Shown: one piece after another, positions 11,601 to 25,466 of the stretch
Layout of the letters: every line of letters begins with the position of its first letter
How positions within the stretch are numbered: position 1 is the first letter of the stretch
Assembly: GCA_030141605.1 (NCBI GenBank)
Contig: JAQGDQ010000010.1
Location: forward strand, 1,488,001 to 1,552,000
DNA: 64,000 nucleotides
Source of the DNA: Tubiluchus corallicola
Taxonomy: Eukaryota; Animalia; Priapulida
Reading direction: 5' to 3'
Position numbers and translations under genes: made by a program
The notes under the pieces: model-generated
The model's input: the letters and a program-made list of their open reading frames with translations, nothing else
Database searches by the model: none
What the model was told of the DNA's origin: nothing

Positions 11601-12909
11601 CTGTGGTTTAATTGTATTCCCGCAGCAGGTTTCCTGATTCCAAAATTGTGTAACTGTGGTCACAGAATTCTTTTCTGGGAATAATATTCTCGTCCATTAA
11701 TGCTATAGCGTGTGTTTTGAACACCGGCCGATGTACTGGGAATCATCCTAGTCTCCACTCTGCCTTTCAGGATGGCTCCAATGTGTTCGATATACTTGAG
11801 ATTCGGTAACTCTCCAGGCAATTAAGTGTGACTGAAGAAATTAACCCAGATATTACGAGTTGCTGCTCCAGTCACACCCCTCAAGACTTGCAGGATATGC
11901 GAGACGCACGAGGTTTTCACACTAAATATTGAGAGATAGATTCTATGTTGATTTGGAAATACTTATGATGTAACAAATTACACCGTACTATTGCCTATTT
12001 CTGTACCCGCAAAAATCAATTTGCGTGCTTTCCATTAACAAACAAACAAGCTGGAAAGTAGTATGATACAAACGCATTTTAATTTTTGTAAAACAACGGA
12101 CATTGTTGTGTAAGCAGTTTGGAGGGGAGGGGGAGCTACAGAAAAACAATTTCCAGCGCAGTTTGAACTTGGCATTTCCAATGTAGCTTCAACTCACTGT
12201 TATTGCTCGTAAAACTGCATCGTAACAATTCTTGCCGTTTTCTTCGTTTTCTTTAGTCGTCCTAATCACACCTTCAGTCCCTCGCGTCTTATTAGCAAAC
12301 AGTAAGAAACCTCTGGGGACTGTAAAAAAGGTGATTTTGCGTGATGACAGACAGAGTGTGAATAATAAAATTCCTTGTTTCGCCTTTGATGCATAATTTA
12401 AATCGTTGCCGTTGTCGTTATTGTCGTAAACACATTGGTCTTTTGTAATAAATTAATAATATTGCAGACTTCTACTAAAAATAGCATCAACCGGTCAAAG
12501 GACAGTAAAATTTTTCCATCAAACACAAATACAATAAAGTAAATTTTTCCTTTTACATATGCAACGCGACAGAACTGCTTTATTTGTTTTTGGAGACATT
12601 TCTAAACAAGAGCGGATGTTACATTATCTAGCCCCAAAGAAATTTCAAGTTTAGCTTCTGAACGACATATTGTAATAAATAGCCATACAAAGCCGCAGCC
12701 ATACATAGCCGCAGTTAACAATTTTTCTTTATTTCAAATATATTCATGAACACCAGCATCAGCTCCGAGCTCTACTCTCAATCACGTAAATTAACCGAAA
12801 GTAAAGAGTTCATTTTTCATTCACTGTAATTAGTATAATGAGTATACCATACCTATGAGGCTACAAGTTTTTAGCTCTTACTGGCTTACTGCTATTGAAA
12901 GTCCATATA

Positions 12910-13100
12910 GTTATGTTGCTATTGTAGTTGTTGTTAATGATAATGGTGGTGGTAGTGGTGGTGATGATGATGATGATGATGACGACGACGACGACAACGA
13001 TGATGGTTAACGATTATAATGATGATGATAACGATAATGATGACAACGATGGTGAGGAGGTGAACAAGAAGATTAGTGGTGGCCCAGCAGTAGTATGATG
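12910..13100. repeat. Degenerate trinucleotide tract (GGT/GAT/GAC)
   Basis: Directly visible. Confidence 0.9.
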
Positions 13101-13679
13101 ATGGCGAAACGTGAAACTCATCACCAAGACCTTGTATTCAAAACCAGTACTACAACTTGGAGCTTAATTTTGCACAGTGCCTACAGAGTTGCATTTAAAG
13201 TAACGAAAAAAAATCTATTTTTTCATATTACGCCAAAATTCATGCTGGAACTGTTAAGTGAAACTGTTAATTGAAAGGCTACCAATTACACGAATCTATG
13301 CCTCAAAAGCTAGGGTTTTTATCTTCCTCATCAACTAGCTGTAGCGTCGCTACAAAACGTCTCATTCTGCTGGAGCAACATGAACATGAAGATCAATTCA
13401 ACTTTCCAGGCACCCGGGGTTTTTCTTTCTCTGTTGATATTGGCCACAGAATGTTTTCTTGCCAAACACCGTGTTATTAGCAATCACTATTTGAGATACC
13501 GATTTCACAGCACAAATTTGCATAGAGGGTTTTCATGAGTCACATGTATGTCAGCTATGTATCTAACTGGTATGCTATTGTTTCTTCTAGGAAGTAGCTC
13601 GTACATAAACCCAATTATAATATAGCTGGACTCAATAAAACGGTATTGCATGTGCAGCTGATTGGAAAACGGCAACGAA

Positions 13680-13848
13680 AATGACGACGACGACGACGAC
13701 GATAATGATGATATAGTTGCTATGATGTTGCTGCTGGTCCTGGAGGCAGCAGCGGCGGCGGCAGTGATGGTGGTGGCGGCGGTGGTGGTTGTGGTGCAGG
13801 TAGTGGTTTTGGTGGAAATGGTGGTGGTGGTGATGGTGGTGGTGGTGA
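13680..13848. repeat. Degenerate trinucleotide tract (GAC/GAT/GCG/GGT)
   Basis: Directly visible; gives poly-D/V/P ORFs. Confidence 0.9.
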
Positions 13849-15390
13849 AATTACAACACGCGAAATTTTGATTAAGAAAAAATATTGGAAAGTTGCATTT
13901 TCCATTTCCAAGGTATTCGGCCTAATGTTCTACACGTCAAAGTTCTCATCACATCTAAGTTCTTGAAAGTGGAAAAACCTTACAATTCTAATGCAAACTC
14001 AACCTACTTGATAATGGCACCCCTGTTCAACTATATGAACCCAGTTTCTAGGCTTTGAATGCCACCTTTGACTACATGGACGATAGAGAAATCCTTTCAC
14101 GCAGTGCGTGTTCAAACAAATTGAGTCGGTCTTGCTGCGGATTACAAGGAAATCCAAGAGTCGATTAATGATGAAGATGCGGCGTTTAAGACCCGCGTGC
14201 GGCAAGTTGCACAATTCGCGTTTTGTGTGGCGGTCGAAACATTTGCCAGCAATGCGAGCCAGGAACGCCCTTGTCACGTAATAGAATTTTCTAACAGGTG
14301 ATGAAGCCAGTTTAATTCCTCGACGATTATTTTGTATGGATTGCGTTGTGGAGTGGAAGGCACTGGGGAAATCAGCAAACCAAAACAATGCAAATCTTGC
14401 CATGCGCAGATGTCACCAATGTTTTCACTTTTGTTATAATTATATATATTATTAATGAGAGTTTTAATTTTTGTTTTAAACTTGAGAGTAAGTCGTCGTC
14501 TACTGTCGATAAGGAGTAGCGCATTGGAGCTACTGAATTTAATGTTTTGAGCAGCTATTTTAATAGTTAACTAATCTTGAGAGCGAGTTTAATTGCAGAG
14601 CATATTAGCCGAATGGTTATTCTGTGAAAGTAACACCAGAAGTTAAATAATAGCAAGTCTGGTCGGTAAATGAGTGGGTTGGTAGGTGGTTTCTATACCC
14701 TTTCTGAGCGATTTCATCTGCCACACTACCTCCGGCTCCGGCTCATGGTATGAGGGAACATGCGCATTGCGCACCAGTCTGGGCCAGTCAAGTGTCTCAT
14801 TTTAAAAGCATATCATACTTGAGAACGAGCTAGATTCTGGTCTCGCCAAAAACATCCATATTCAGTAGGCGCTGCCGTTGTGCTGGATAACACTTTGTAA
14901 AGTACCCCAATGTGTAAAAAGATTCAAACTGTAGCTGTTGTGTGTTTAAGAATGGTTTCATGCTGATCACACAACTGCGTAGAGCAACCATGCATAGACA
15001 TGCACCACGACGACCTTCCCTTAAGGTGAACTAGACAAGCTTAGAAAATTAGTTCAACATCAACAGATAAAATAGAATAGAATAGAAATTTATCAAAATT
15101 TTTTCATCAAATGGATATACATCAAAATTACATATAGTACAATATTTCCGTGACGGTCCATGCATGATTAGTACATTAAAAATAGACAGTTTTAGATAAG
15201 TAAAATTGCTAAGTAGAAATTTCGCGTTAATATCACTTAAAGCTCACATTAAAATTGATTAAACATTTTAAAATAAAAGCCTACGTATTAGGAACTAAGA
15301 ATTTTAAACTGGCAATAACTAATAAGGCTAATGAAAGACATAACACTGAAAAAAGTTAAGAAAATAATAATTTTCACTAATAATAACATT

Positions 15391-15470
15391 GGCGTTACCC
15401 AGTCTTAGAATCTAATCACGACATCACTACCGAAAAGCAGCGCTTTACTAATTAGGCTATTGTGCACGTC
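15391..15470 (-). mobile_element. Possible decayed tRNA-derived SINE head
   Basis: Minus strand TAGCCTAATTAGTAAAGCGCTG resembles an A-box/D-arm, with a degenerate B-box AGATTCTAAGAC; no intact cloverleaf. Confidence 0.35.
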
Positions 15471-16475
15471 TAATGAAGGTCAGTCTACATAGAATTGTAA
15501 CAAGACTGTGTAATTAAAGGCACAAAGCAAGAAAAGGCTACCATTACTTTTATAATAATAAGCATGATTAGTTTGCTGTAATTTGCCATGTATATGGGGA
15601 CTGAGGCAGTTAAGTATTTGTGTCATTTTGCATCTACAAATCTACGTGCAGCTGCCTAAAGTCATATTCCTCCGCAGACCCATATATAAACGAATTACTG
15701 CCAAGACCTGTTGGTCAGGGAAATTACCGGAAATCGTTTGCTTGTTATTATGCTTTCAGCATCCATTTGATAATCTATAAATAAGTTTACATATGTCTGT
15801 CTGCTTGTCGTTACTTCTGCCCATATTCTTACATATGGTCAGTTTGCAAGAAGTTCGTGTATAGGCTACAAGTTGGGTTTCAAGCGTTGAAAAATACCAG
15901 ATTTTAATTAACCTAGTCAATGATCAGATGCAGTCACACAATTCCCGAAATTGAAAATGTAGTTTTTTGTCACAAGTTTTAAGTATGGTACAGACATGGG
16001 TCTAGAAAAACAGACAGCTGTGGCGGTGGCACATCCTTGATAGAGAACTGATTGGACCATTGCCACAGTGCACTATCTTGATAGGTGGCACTTCAGCATC
16101 AAGTAATGCAATAGTAAAGTTTTGGCTCGAGAAGAAAGTCGGCGCGGTTATGCCTAAACACTTCAGTTCGAATGTTTCAAATAGTGAAATAGTTTAATAA
16201 TACTTTGAAGCTTGATACGAGTCTTTTTAAACACAAAGAGGAGTCCAAGACCAATGTAATAATCAATAGTTGACAATCTATTAGCACTGTTACGCAAATT
16301 CAACAAAAGGGGAAAATAAAATGTGCATTTACAGCTTTAAACTCGATTACATATACATTTGAACATAATTATTAAAAGTAATATTACAGTTAAGGTCGTT
16401 AGTGCTAATTAGCTGCTGAACAGTCCAACAATTAAGTTGAAGAGATGCTGACATAAAGGTAATCCCCCACTTCGG

Positions 16476-16746
16476 CAGTTATCTTTTCGCCAGATGTCTG
16501 TGGTGACTTTTATATATACAGGTAAGCTAAGTCTTCATTGTTAGTCATGACTACACTGACGAAAAGATAGACTGGCGAAAAGGTAGATTGGCGAAAAGAT
16601 AGACTGGCGAAAAGGCAGAATGGCGAAAAAGTAGACTGGCGAAAAAACGAAAAAGTAGACTAGCGAAAAAGTAGACTGGCAAAAAGGTAGACTAGCGGAA
16701 AGGTAAACTGGCGAAAAAGTAGACTAACGAAAAGATAACTGGTGAA
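16476..16746. repeat. 16-bp minisatellite (GAAAAGRTAGACTGGC, ~11 units, 16559-16746) with one inverted unit upstream; probable MITE-like element
   Basis: Tandem units visible. 16476-16493 CAGTTATCTTTTCGCCAG is nearly the reverse complement of the final unit. Confidence 0.85.
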
Positions 16747-18019
16747 ACGTCATACAATCTAGCATAAAAATGTACGTATAAATGTAGCCAAAAATGTGGT
16801 CGTGTTCACATAATAAATTCACCTTGAATTTTGTCTGTGATCAATGCACAAACACATTGCGTTTCTAGTTCCATGGCATTTTAGTCGAAATTATAATGTA
16901 CAACAACGATACGCACAAGCCAAATTACTAAAAATCAGAATACAGTTATTTGTTGACCACTTGTGACCAACACAAGCTTCTGATTGAATTTTAATAGTTC
17001 GCTTTCTATAATACTACAAATTAAAACAGAAGAAATCTTTTATTGACAAATTTAATAGCAGGTAAAGTTGAAATTGTATGGATTGGATTCGGAAATACGA
17101 AAGGAAGAAAATCGGCACGATTATGCGCAAAAACTTAACTTCGAATGTAAATAATACTAATATACACACTAAACAAACATCGCCTATAGTTATTGGCCAC
17201 TGTTTTTGGTGGCGCAATAATAGGTGGAAAGCAGAATCACGTGTGCTTTTCGCGAAAGCTCTCATCGTTTTTCTAAAGCACGTGTGGCCTTTTCAGGAGA
17301 GCGGAACAAGAAAATATAGGCATATTTAAAGGAGCCATCATTAACATTTTGGGTGTCTCAAAAATCAAAATACACTTTTCGTCATCTGCGTGTTTACTTC
17401 TGAAGTTCCGACGACCCGTAAAAGGCGACGGAGCAACGTAATCGTATGAGGTTTAGTCGAAGAACTTTTTACAATTGCGCTTCAACTACATTTTAATTTC
17501 TATTTTTAACTATTGTAAATTTAAATGACAAACTAGTGTTTACTTGTAAAATTACTGTCCTTTTTCGAAGCTAAAACATAATTTAGGTGACATGCTTGGC
17601 GTCATTATTTTGACTTTGAATACTTCTAGTGTTTTTATCGTCTTTTTAATTCTACACCTCAATTACGTTTTTTTTTATTCTACGAGAAGCACTTGATTTC
17701 ATAAACAGAATAGCAAAAATGAAAATTCAATTTCAATATGAAGTTCTTTTTACTTGTTCATTTCCCTGAATTCATCTGAGATGTTACTCGCGTCTTGAAT
17801 TGATATAACAAGATAAATTTATGTCACAAAAAAGAGTCATATAATGCGTAATTTATGAAAAATGCTGCCAATACTACCGAAATATGACCACATTCAGAAT
17901 TTATTATGATCATATAATGACGAAACCTAGTCACGTTTTTACGTGTACAATGCCCTGCTTTGATGGAAGTTCAGTTTTATGTTTCTAGAGAGAAATGTGT
18001 GGACACGAAACGTTGCGTT

Positions 18020-18350
18020 AAGCTGTGTAAAAAACATTTGCAAAACTATAAAAATGTATAGTAGTCATGTGAAGGCATAAAATAATATATGAAGTCGTGG
18101 GAAAATTCGAAACCGTGTAAAATGAGTATAAAAAAACTTGAAGACTTTTAAAAATGCATAAAAACGTTTGAATACCGATGGAACCGTGCAAAATGTCTGT
18201 ATACTCGTGAAGCCTTTCCAAAATGTCTGAAACATGGAGCCACCTGAAATCGTTTAAGCACATTGAAAGCTTTGCATAACTATAAAACAGCGCGTAGCCA
18301 CCTTACATTCCGTGGAGTCTTATAAAATGTCTAAAATAGTGTAAAAAGAA
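18020..18350. repeat. Highly degenerate minisatellite (AAAATGTCT..AACCGTG-like units)
   Basis: Recurrent AAACCGTGTAAAATG, GAACCGTGCAAAATGTCTG, CAAAATGTCTGAAAC and TAAAATGTCTAAAA. Confidence 0.55.
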
Positions 18351-19940
18351 ACCAACCTACGTAATGACGCACGAAGTAATACAGTAGTTTTATGGATATG
18401 AAAATGACCTGTATGGAGTAACAAAAACTATAAGGATTAAAGACCTATAAGTTGCGGACAATGACAGCACGTCACTTATAGTCTAACAAACATCATAAAA
18501 ACATTGGAGAGCCACGTGGATGCAGCTGTAAGATTGGTGCTGCATAACCTTTGGTGAAGCCGAGGCTAGTAGCTTGTAGTTTAGTTAGTAGGCTTCTGTT
18601 TGCAGGCTTGCAGAGGTGTGCGATGCGTCTAGTGCTCTTGCCAACCATGAGCATTAGTGACAGCCCAGTGCGTCACTGTTGTACAGCCTCTCCACAACCA
18701 AGAATCCTGTGTAACCTCCACGAAGTGCGAGGTGGCAGTTACCCTCTCAAGAAGATAGGCTAATCAACAAGGGATCTCGGAGCAGTACGGAGACTTAGAG
18801 GTGCTGTTTTAAGGACCCACTGACGTGTGGAATGTTCCTGTCACACACCAATCTGTATCCGAACTAAGAATAAATGGTTCCTTTTCCTGGAAAGGACACC
18901 ATCCTTCCAGGGTCCAAAATCACATGTCTTGGGTCAATCTTCACTATCAGCACATACTCGGGAGGTCCTAAGTGCGTGCGGGTAGGATTTGCAGACCCCA
19001 GTAATGGTGGTACCCTAATCACAGCTCAATGCATGTCCCCTTCTTATTAAGTACTGCAGCGACAAAGTTGTTTCGTGTACATAAATAACGTATTTCTTGT
19101 AAATAACGTGTTCTTGTATGTGGGCTTGCCAGTAGTTGTGTGCCCTGCCCTGTTTTTATTGTAATTTCATTAGTATTATCGTATTCTAATGTGTAGGCCT
19201 GTGTACACATTACATAGTTTTTATGCGAATTCTAGTCTGAAATAGAAGTGTAAATTGAATAGAATAGAGCTGTAAGAAGATGTGCAGAAAATAGAGGCAT
19301 CTTAAATCGTGTGCAGATATTTAAAGCGGTGCTGAGTTGTGGTAAATGCTTGAACTGAAGTCAAGTTGGTCCGCAATAAAAACATTGTTCCTAAATGGCC
19401 TAACTGTACTTAAGCATTATAGTGTTATGCCTTATGTATAGCATTACATACTGTTACCTATTAACCATAGAATTATAGGCCTAAATGAATAAATTCCTTT
19501 TTTCACTGGGGCTCAAATTCACAACGAAACTAGTCAAACGTATTTTACACTTGGCCGACACAGTTCAATTTATTATGTAAGAGAGCCTAACACTGATCTG
19601 TTATTAATTTTTAGGCGCTACTGTGAGCATGCGATGCGGAAAATTCAATTTCTGCTCAAGAAAAACAATCCGATTTATTATTTCGTGCTGCACGCCTCAA
19701 AGAGAGCATGTTTCGTGACATTCGCAGGCGATAATTGGCATTCGGTCTCCGTCCCATGCAGTCGCAAGTTTTTTGTCATTTGGCTGCTTTATTGCTCAAA
19801 GCTGAAATCGTTCGTTGCGAATCAAAGTCACTGAAGTTTATGTGGAATCGTTCGTGACAGTAAACTAATTACCAGTAACAGCGGGAAGACAGGAAAACTG
19901 ACAAAACATTCGTTCACATTTTGAAGCATACGGGGTTTTC

Positions 19941-20680
19941 AAGTTTAAGTTTAAGTTTAAGTTTATTACACACCATATGAAAAGTTAACAATATGCATTA
20001 AAATATATACATATACATACAAAACATATGCATCATATAAAAACATGCAATACACATAAGCATTAACATAATACTGAGAAGCCGCGTGGGAGAGACATAA
20101 AGAGCAAACGCTTCTTACATGTGCCTGTTAAGACTAGGAAAGCATTTAGACGACATAATTTAATTTCCGTTTAAAAGGGTTTTTGTCCGACTAGATGTAG
20201 CTAAAGTAAAAAAGTGGTCTCTATCTATATCTATGTCTTTATGCATGATTTGTTAACACAGTATTAAATCGTTCTTTAACCTTCTTTCCTCTAATGATCT
20301 AATGATCTAAGAATTAAAAAGTTCAGTTGTAACGGATATGGCACATAATAAATGTTACATCTATAATACAAACGCCTGGTAAAATACATTTGAACTGATT
20401 CAATTTTATCAACATTAGTCAGCACTTACCCTGTCGAATGTCAGTATAGTTTTCGGTTGTGATCACCGTTTTGAAGTATACATTTGGGCAACCAGTGCAC
20501 AGAGGTATAAAGAGAGTTTCATGCCTATTCTGCCTCTTTGCAAAACACATTATTGTTGATTATCATCACGCAGAAATAGCATATCATATTATGTGTCCTA
20601 ATTGGCTAATTATGTAATTCATCTGATCCTATTTGTTGTTAGGCTCTCCAATAAATGAAGCAGGTGCGATCAGTAGAAAA
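19941..20680 (-). mobile_element. Probable decayed CR1/L2-like LINE 3' end
   Basis: Minus strand ends in AATAAA-(CTTAAA)n, a tail-like repeat, with faint upstream remnants resembling LQKRAIR. Confidence 0.4.
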
Positions 20681-21834
20681 TGACTATGGCTCCAATGATG
20701 GTATATTATTTCTTTTTTTCCTGAATGTATGGGTATTACGCATTTACTGAGCGTCCACGCGAATGTTTCGGTAAACGCTTACCTTTTTGGGGCCCGAACA
20801 AAAAGCTAGCGAACTAGTTTTACATAATTTTATAATGTAATTTAAATTTATATATATGATATACACTCATGTATGTACGTGAGATGTATCACAAATATTC
20901 TCAACCAAAGCCAAGAGTTTGTGATTTGTGCGCTTACTCAAGTAATATAAAGCTTGGTTACAAATAGGCAATGGGTTGTTATATTTATTTCATTCTGCCT
21001 AAATGTATACAGGCAAAAAAGACATTAGTTGGAATAAAATTTCCACAATAAATTACCTAAATTATCTAAACTATAGGAAAAAAGAATTGTCTTACAGGGC
21101 AAATTGTCATTTGTAGCAAAATTTTCTAGTACATAACACGAGTCATTAACGTTTTTTTAGTTTGGCAGGCGCTTGCCAAAATATTCTTTTGAGAATTCGG
21201 TAAAAGAATATAGACCATATATCTATATAGAAACATGGTTCGAAATAAACTCATTTGATTACAAGCAATATTTCGGGAGAAATTTCTCAAGTTTTAGCTA
21301 AAATACGTTCTGCTAGACAATACGATATAAAAACTACAAAATGGCAATACAATTGGCGAATAACAAACACAATTTAAGAAAAATTCTCTTCTGTTGTGAG
21401 AAGATGTGAATAACGGACAGTCATGTTAACTAGAATTCCCTTTCCTGCCTATTTTACCTGCATTTTTGCTATTTGCTGTAACTGGGTGGTTCGATTTCAG
21501 TTTGTCCGTACTTACATACCGAGCTTTTAGCCAAAAGCAGCCAATTTAAAAGTGCCATTTGGCTGACAAATATTTGTTTATTCAAGGACGTTTTCTTGAA
21601 CGTTCGGATCGACTTCATCAGTGGCAGTGCTGAAACATTATAATTTAATACCAATAATCATTGTCATAATACATTTACGTTTCGCAAAACTGCAGCTTGT
21701 GAAGCCACTGACGTCGAAAAATGCCCTTGAATAAAGAAAAAAAACAAAAACAAAAAGCTGCCTGCCCAAGTGCCCGCCTACCTCTCACTTAGTTACTTTC
21801 TTGATTGCTTGCCTGCTTACTTTCTTACTGCTCG

Positions 21835-21872
<38 letters not shown>

Positions 21873-22149
21873 ACCTACCTACCTACCTACCTACCTACCT
21901 ACCTACCTACCTACCTACCTACCTACCTTACTTACCTACCTACCTACCTACCTACCCTACCCTACCCTACCCTACCTACCTACCTACCTACATACCTACC
22001 TACCTACCTACCTACCTACCTACCTACCTACCTACCTACCTACCTACCTACCTACCTACCTACCTACTTACTTACTTACCTACCTACCTACCTGCCTGCC
22101 TGCCCGCCCGCTCGCCCAAACCACCCGCCCGCCCAACCAAGCCAACCTG

Positions 22150-22244
<95 letters not shown>

Positions 22245-22290
22245 CTTGCTTGCTTACTTGCTTATTTGCTTGCTTGCTTGCTTACTTACT
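21835..22290. repeat. Compound tetranucleotide microsatellite (TACT)n/(TACC)n/(TGCC)/(TGCT)
   Basis: Directly visible; all LTYL/PTYL ORFs derive from it. Confidence 0.98.
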
Positions 22291-22679
22291 TGATGCGCTT
22301 CTACTCAAGTGCAAACAGCAATGTTCTCTCAGAAAGAAGCCAAGTGCCTTGTGTTAAAAACTGTCCTCAATGCAAGAAGCATCAACTTTTCAGGAAGAGC
22401 CGTTTGTTTGAAGAGCAAGCGGCTAACCAAGTAAATGACCAAGGTAATTGGTTTAACACAAAACGTGCGATAAACGTCCGAGAAAAATGCGCTCTTCACA
22501 TTTGCGCAAAAAGGCAAGACGATTCGGCTTACAACTAATGATTGCTTACAAATGAAACCTACATTTTGTAAGTTTAATTGTCTATTTATTTGGTCACTTA
22601 TTCCTTTCATTTGCTGCATTTATGTCTGCTTACATGAATGTTGATTTGTTATTTGGTTGAACATTTTCTTATTTGTTTA

Positions 22680-23100
22680 GCTGGTTGAGTTTTTTTTGTT
22701 CAATGGGTGATTGGTTGTTAGGTTAATTAGTTTAATTAGTTGGTTGGTTGGTTGATTGATTTGTTAATAGGTTGTTGGTTGATTCATTGGTTTGCTGATT
22801 GGGTAGTGGGCGGGGTGGTAGGTTTATTAGCCAGTTGGTTTCTTGGTTAATTAGTTGATTTGTTGTTTGATTAGCCGTGTGCTGCCTAGTTTTAGTAAGT
22901 TGTTTGGTTGTTTTGTTGGTTTTATTTGGTTGTTTTGTTGGTTTTATTTGTTTGCTTGATGGTGGTTTTCGTTTGTTTGGTTGTTGGCGGTTGTTGACTG
23001 GCTAGCTGGTTGATTAGATAGTTGGTTGGCTTGTTAGCTGATTGGCTGGATTGTTAGTTGGTTAGTTTGTTGATTGGTTGGTTGATCGTTTTTTTGGTTC
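22680..23100. repeat. Degenerate (TTGG/TTAG/TTGT) tetranucleotide tract
   Basis: Directly visible. Confidence 0.85.
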
Positions 23101-25319
23101 GGTCCTAGCTGATTGTCTCGTTCGATTTGTTCAATTAACAATTTTTTGTGAAAAAACATTTGACAGTTACATAATCATACCCAAATAAAGTTGTGCAAAA
23201 GAAGGATAAATATAAAACAAATTTTAATTTTTAAAATATAATTTTGGGAAAAATCCCAGAAAGAAAAGCTCATCTTTAACCTATTTTTGCTTTATGTTTA
23301 GAGTTATCACGTATTTTTTTACAATCTTCACCACATTAACGTAAAGCACAATAAATAAAATAAACGAGGTTGAGGCGCCTATATAATATGGATCAGTATC
23401 AAGATTACATTTTATTATCGTACATAAAAACAGCGTCTGATCATCCCAAATTTTCCATGTGGCTTTTTGAGCGTTGATATTTTATATGTTTATAGTTCTA
23501 TACTACCTCATGGGCCAGTCAGGTACTCCCACGCATTTAGTTTATTTTTTGCTCTTACAACAAATTTTTAAAATGTAAGCATTTTATTTGCTTCACTATT
23601 ATCTGTGTGCATGTAATGTCTATATGAATAACAAATATGCCCTAAATACCAACTGGCTTTTGCGTAATGTCAATCAAGTTAACGCTGACTTTAACAAAAC
23701 ACAGTTCTGCGTTCGACGTCCAGTGTAAAGTTTTTGCAACATCAAAACTTGTAATTTTTATTCACACTTAATAACAAGTAACGAAATGGATGTCGCAAGC
23801 CTTAAAGAATTTGTTTTTACTGCTACTCTTCGGAACTAAAATGTGCAAGTACAGGTGACAGTTTTTTGTTTCTTTTAAATCAAGTCTAGAAACCCATTTG
23901 AATATATGGGACATTTTGCCTGAAATAAAAAGTACAAATAGAAAAGGAAAACGCTACTTCATTTCAGGTTTCTCATAGATGTGCTTTGGCCCTAAAGTGA
24001 AAATACTAGGTCTATTGTAATTGCCAGTTGCTAATTTAAGCCAAACGCAGCAATTTGCTGGAATGCAGCAGTGCTTATGCATTTGTGTGAAGGATAAGAA
24101 GCTAAAAGTCACCATTAGTCACCATTAGTAAGCGAACGTTGCATTTAATTAGTGCTTCAAGAAAGACGGGTCGTTAATATTGCACAATTCCTAACAGCAA
24201 TACAGTAGTTTAAATGCTTCGCAACTAAACTTATCTGTGTGACTCGACTACTTATCGGCATGTCAAAATGCCAGACGATATTTTGCCCTTTTATGGAAAA
24301 ACTTTACTACATGATTGCAAAAATATTGCATTCTTAACTTGCAGTTTTGCAATAAAAATTTGAAGCTATATTGAATATTCCGCTGTAGCAATGAGCGTTC
24401 TCTTTTGTGATATTTAATTTGTTTCGGCTGGGGGGAAATGAAAGGCAAAGTATTACACTTCCTCGATTATTTTCCTCCTGATTTTAATTTCGTAGTTGCA
24501 CTGTAATTTCGTAAACCAAAAATTTAGATTTTTGTTTGTTGTGATGTTGCATCAGCTAATTAATCCATTTCTAAACAAGAACGCATTAAATCATATCCTC
24601 AATAATTTGTTTTTATTGTTTGATCAAAACTGTCATCATTAGATGAGCAGAAACAAAATCATGAACAGATGAATAATTACTGAATCCGGTCTTTCTGTCT
24701 ATTGGTAGACAACACTAACCATTACATCTCTGGGTTTGCGTACGTGTGCAGAAGTGTTAATTGTGAACCATTTATGTGAGGCATGCTCTCATATTGGGGG
24801 TGCTTCATGACCTTGGTGAGTTAGTTACAAAGTGGCGCATTTTAGCCGTGATTATGCTGAAATGATCATAAATGTGGAGCAGTCAAGATTTTCGCCAGCT
24901 TCGATTATCTTCTGGCCCATGTATCGTATTGTACCATAGGGCCAATGCGTTATTAAAACTCAATCTAAGGAAGCTCCAGAACAAGGCCTACATTCGGCTC
25001 CACAATGAAGCCAAACAACTTTGCACCATATAATATGCTGCTGATAACTAGCACGAGGCAATTAGGAGTAGTAAGATTTCCATTATAATGGAAATTCCAG
25101 TGGTGAAGGCTCTTATAAGGTTCCGTCGAACACAGGCATCGCATGGAAGTTTCCTTGATTCAAGCTGTCGCTTGCGTTTACAATAATGAGCTTTTGCTCA
25201 AACCTTCTTTACAAAATAAGACGAAAAACAATGGAAGTGATAAAGAAAGGCACAGATAAGATAACATCAGAAATTAAAACCGAAGAATAAAAAAGTGAGT
25301 TGAAAAACGATCCGAAGAG

Positions 25320-25466
25320 GTTTGCAATTCCCCACAAAATTATAATACCCTAATCTTACCCCTAACCTTATCCTAACCCCAACCCAACCCTAACCCTATC
25401 CCGAAGCCTAACCCTAATCTTAAACCGCTTCACGAACTAATTTATTGCGTATATGGAATTGTAAAC
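25320..25466. repeat. Degenerate (CCCTAA)n tract bracketed by 12-bp inverted repeats
   Basis: CCCTAA-like units at 25347-25420. GTTTGCAATTCC (25320-25331) vs GGAATTGTAAAC (25455-25466) are 11/12 complementary. Confidence 0.75.

Noticed and set aside
16559-16746. CRISPR-like array
   Set aside because: Contiguous 16-bp units without unique spacers; eukaryotic context; no cas genes.
21770-22538. Long ORFs of 162-245 aa
   Set aside because: Stop-free TACT/TACC tetranucleotide repeat.
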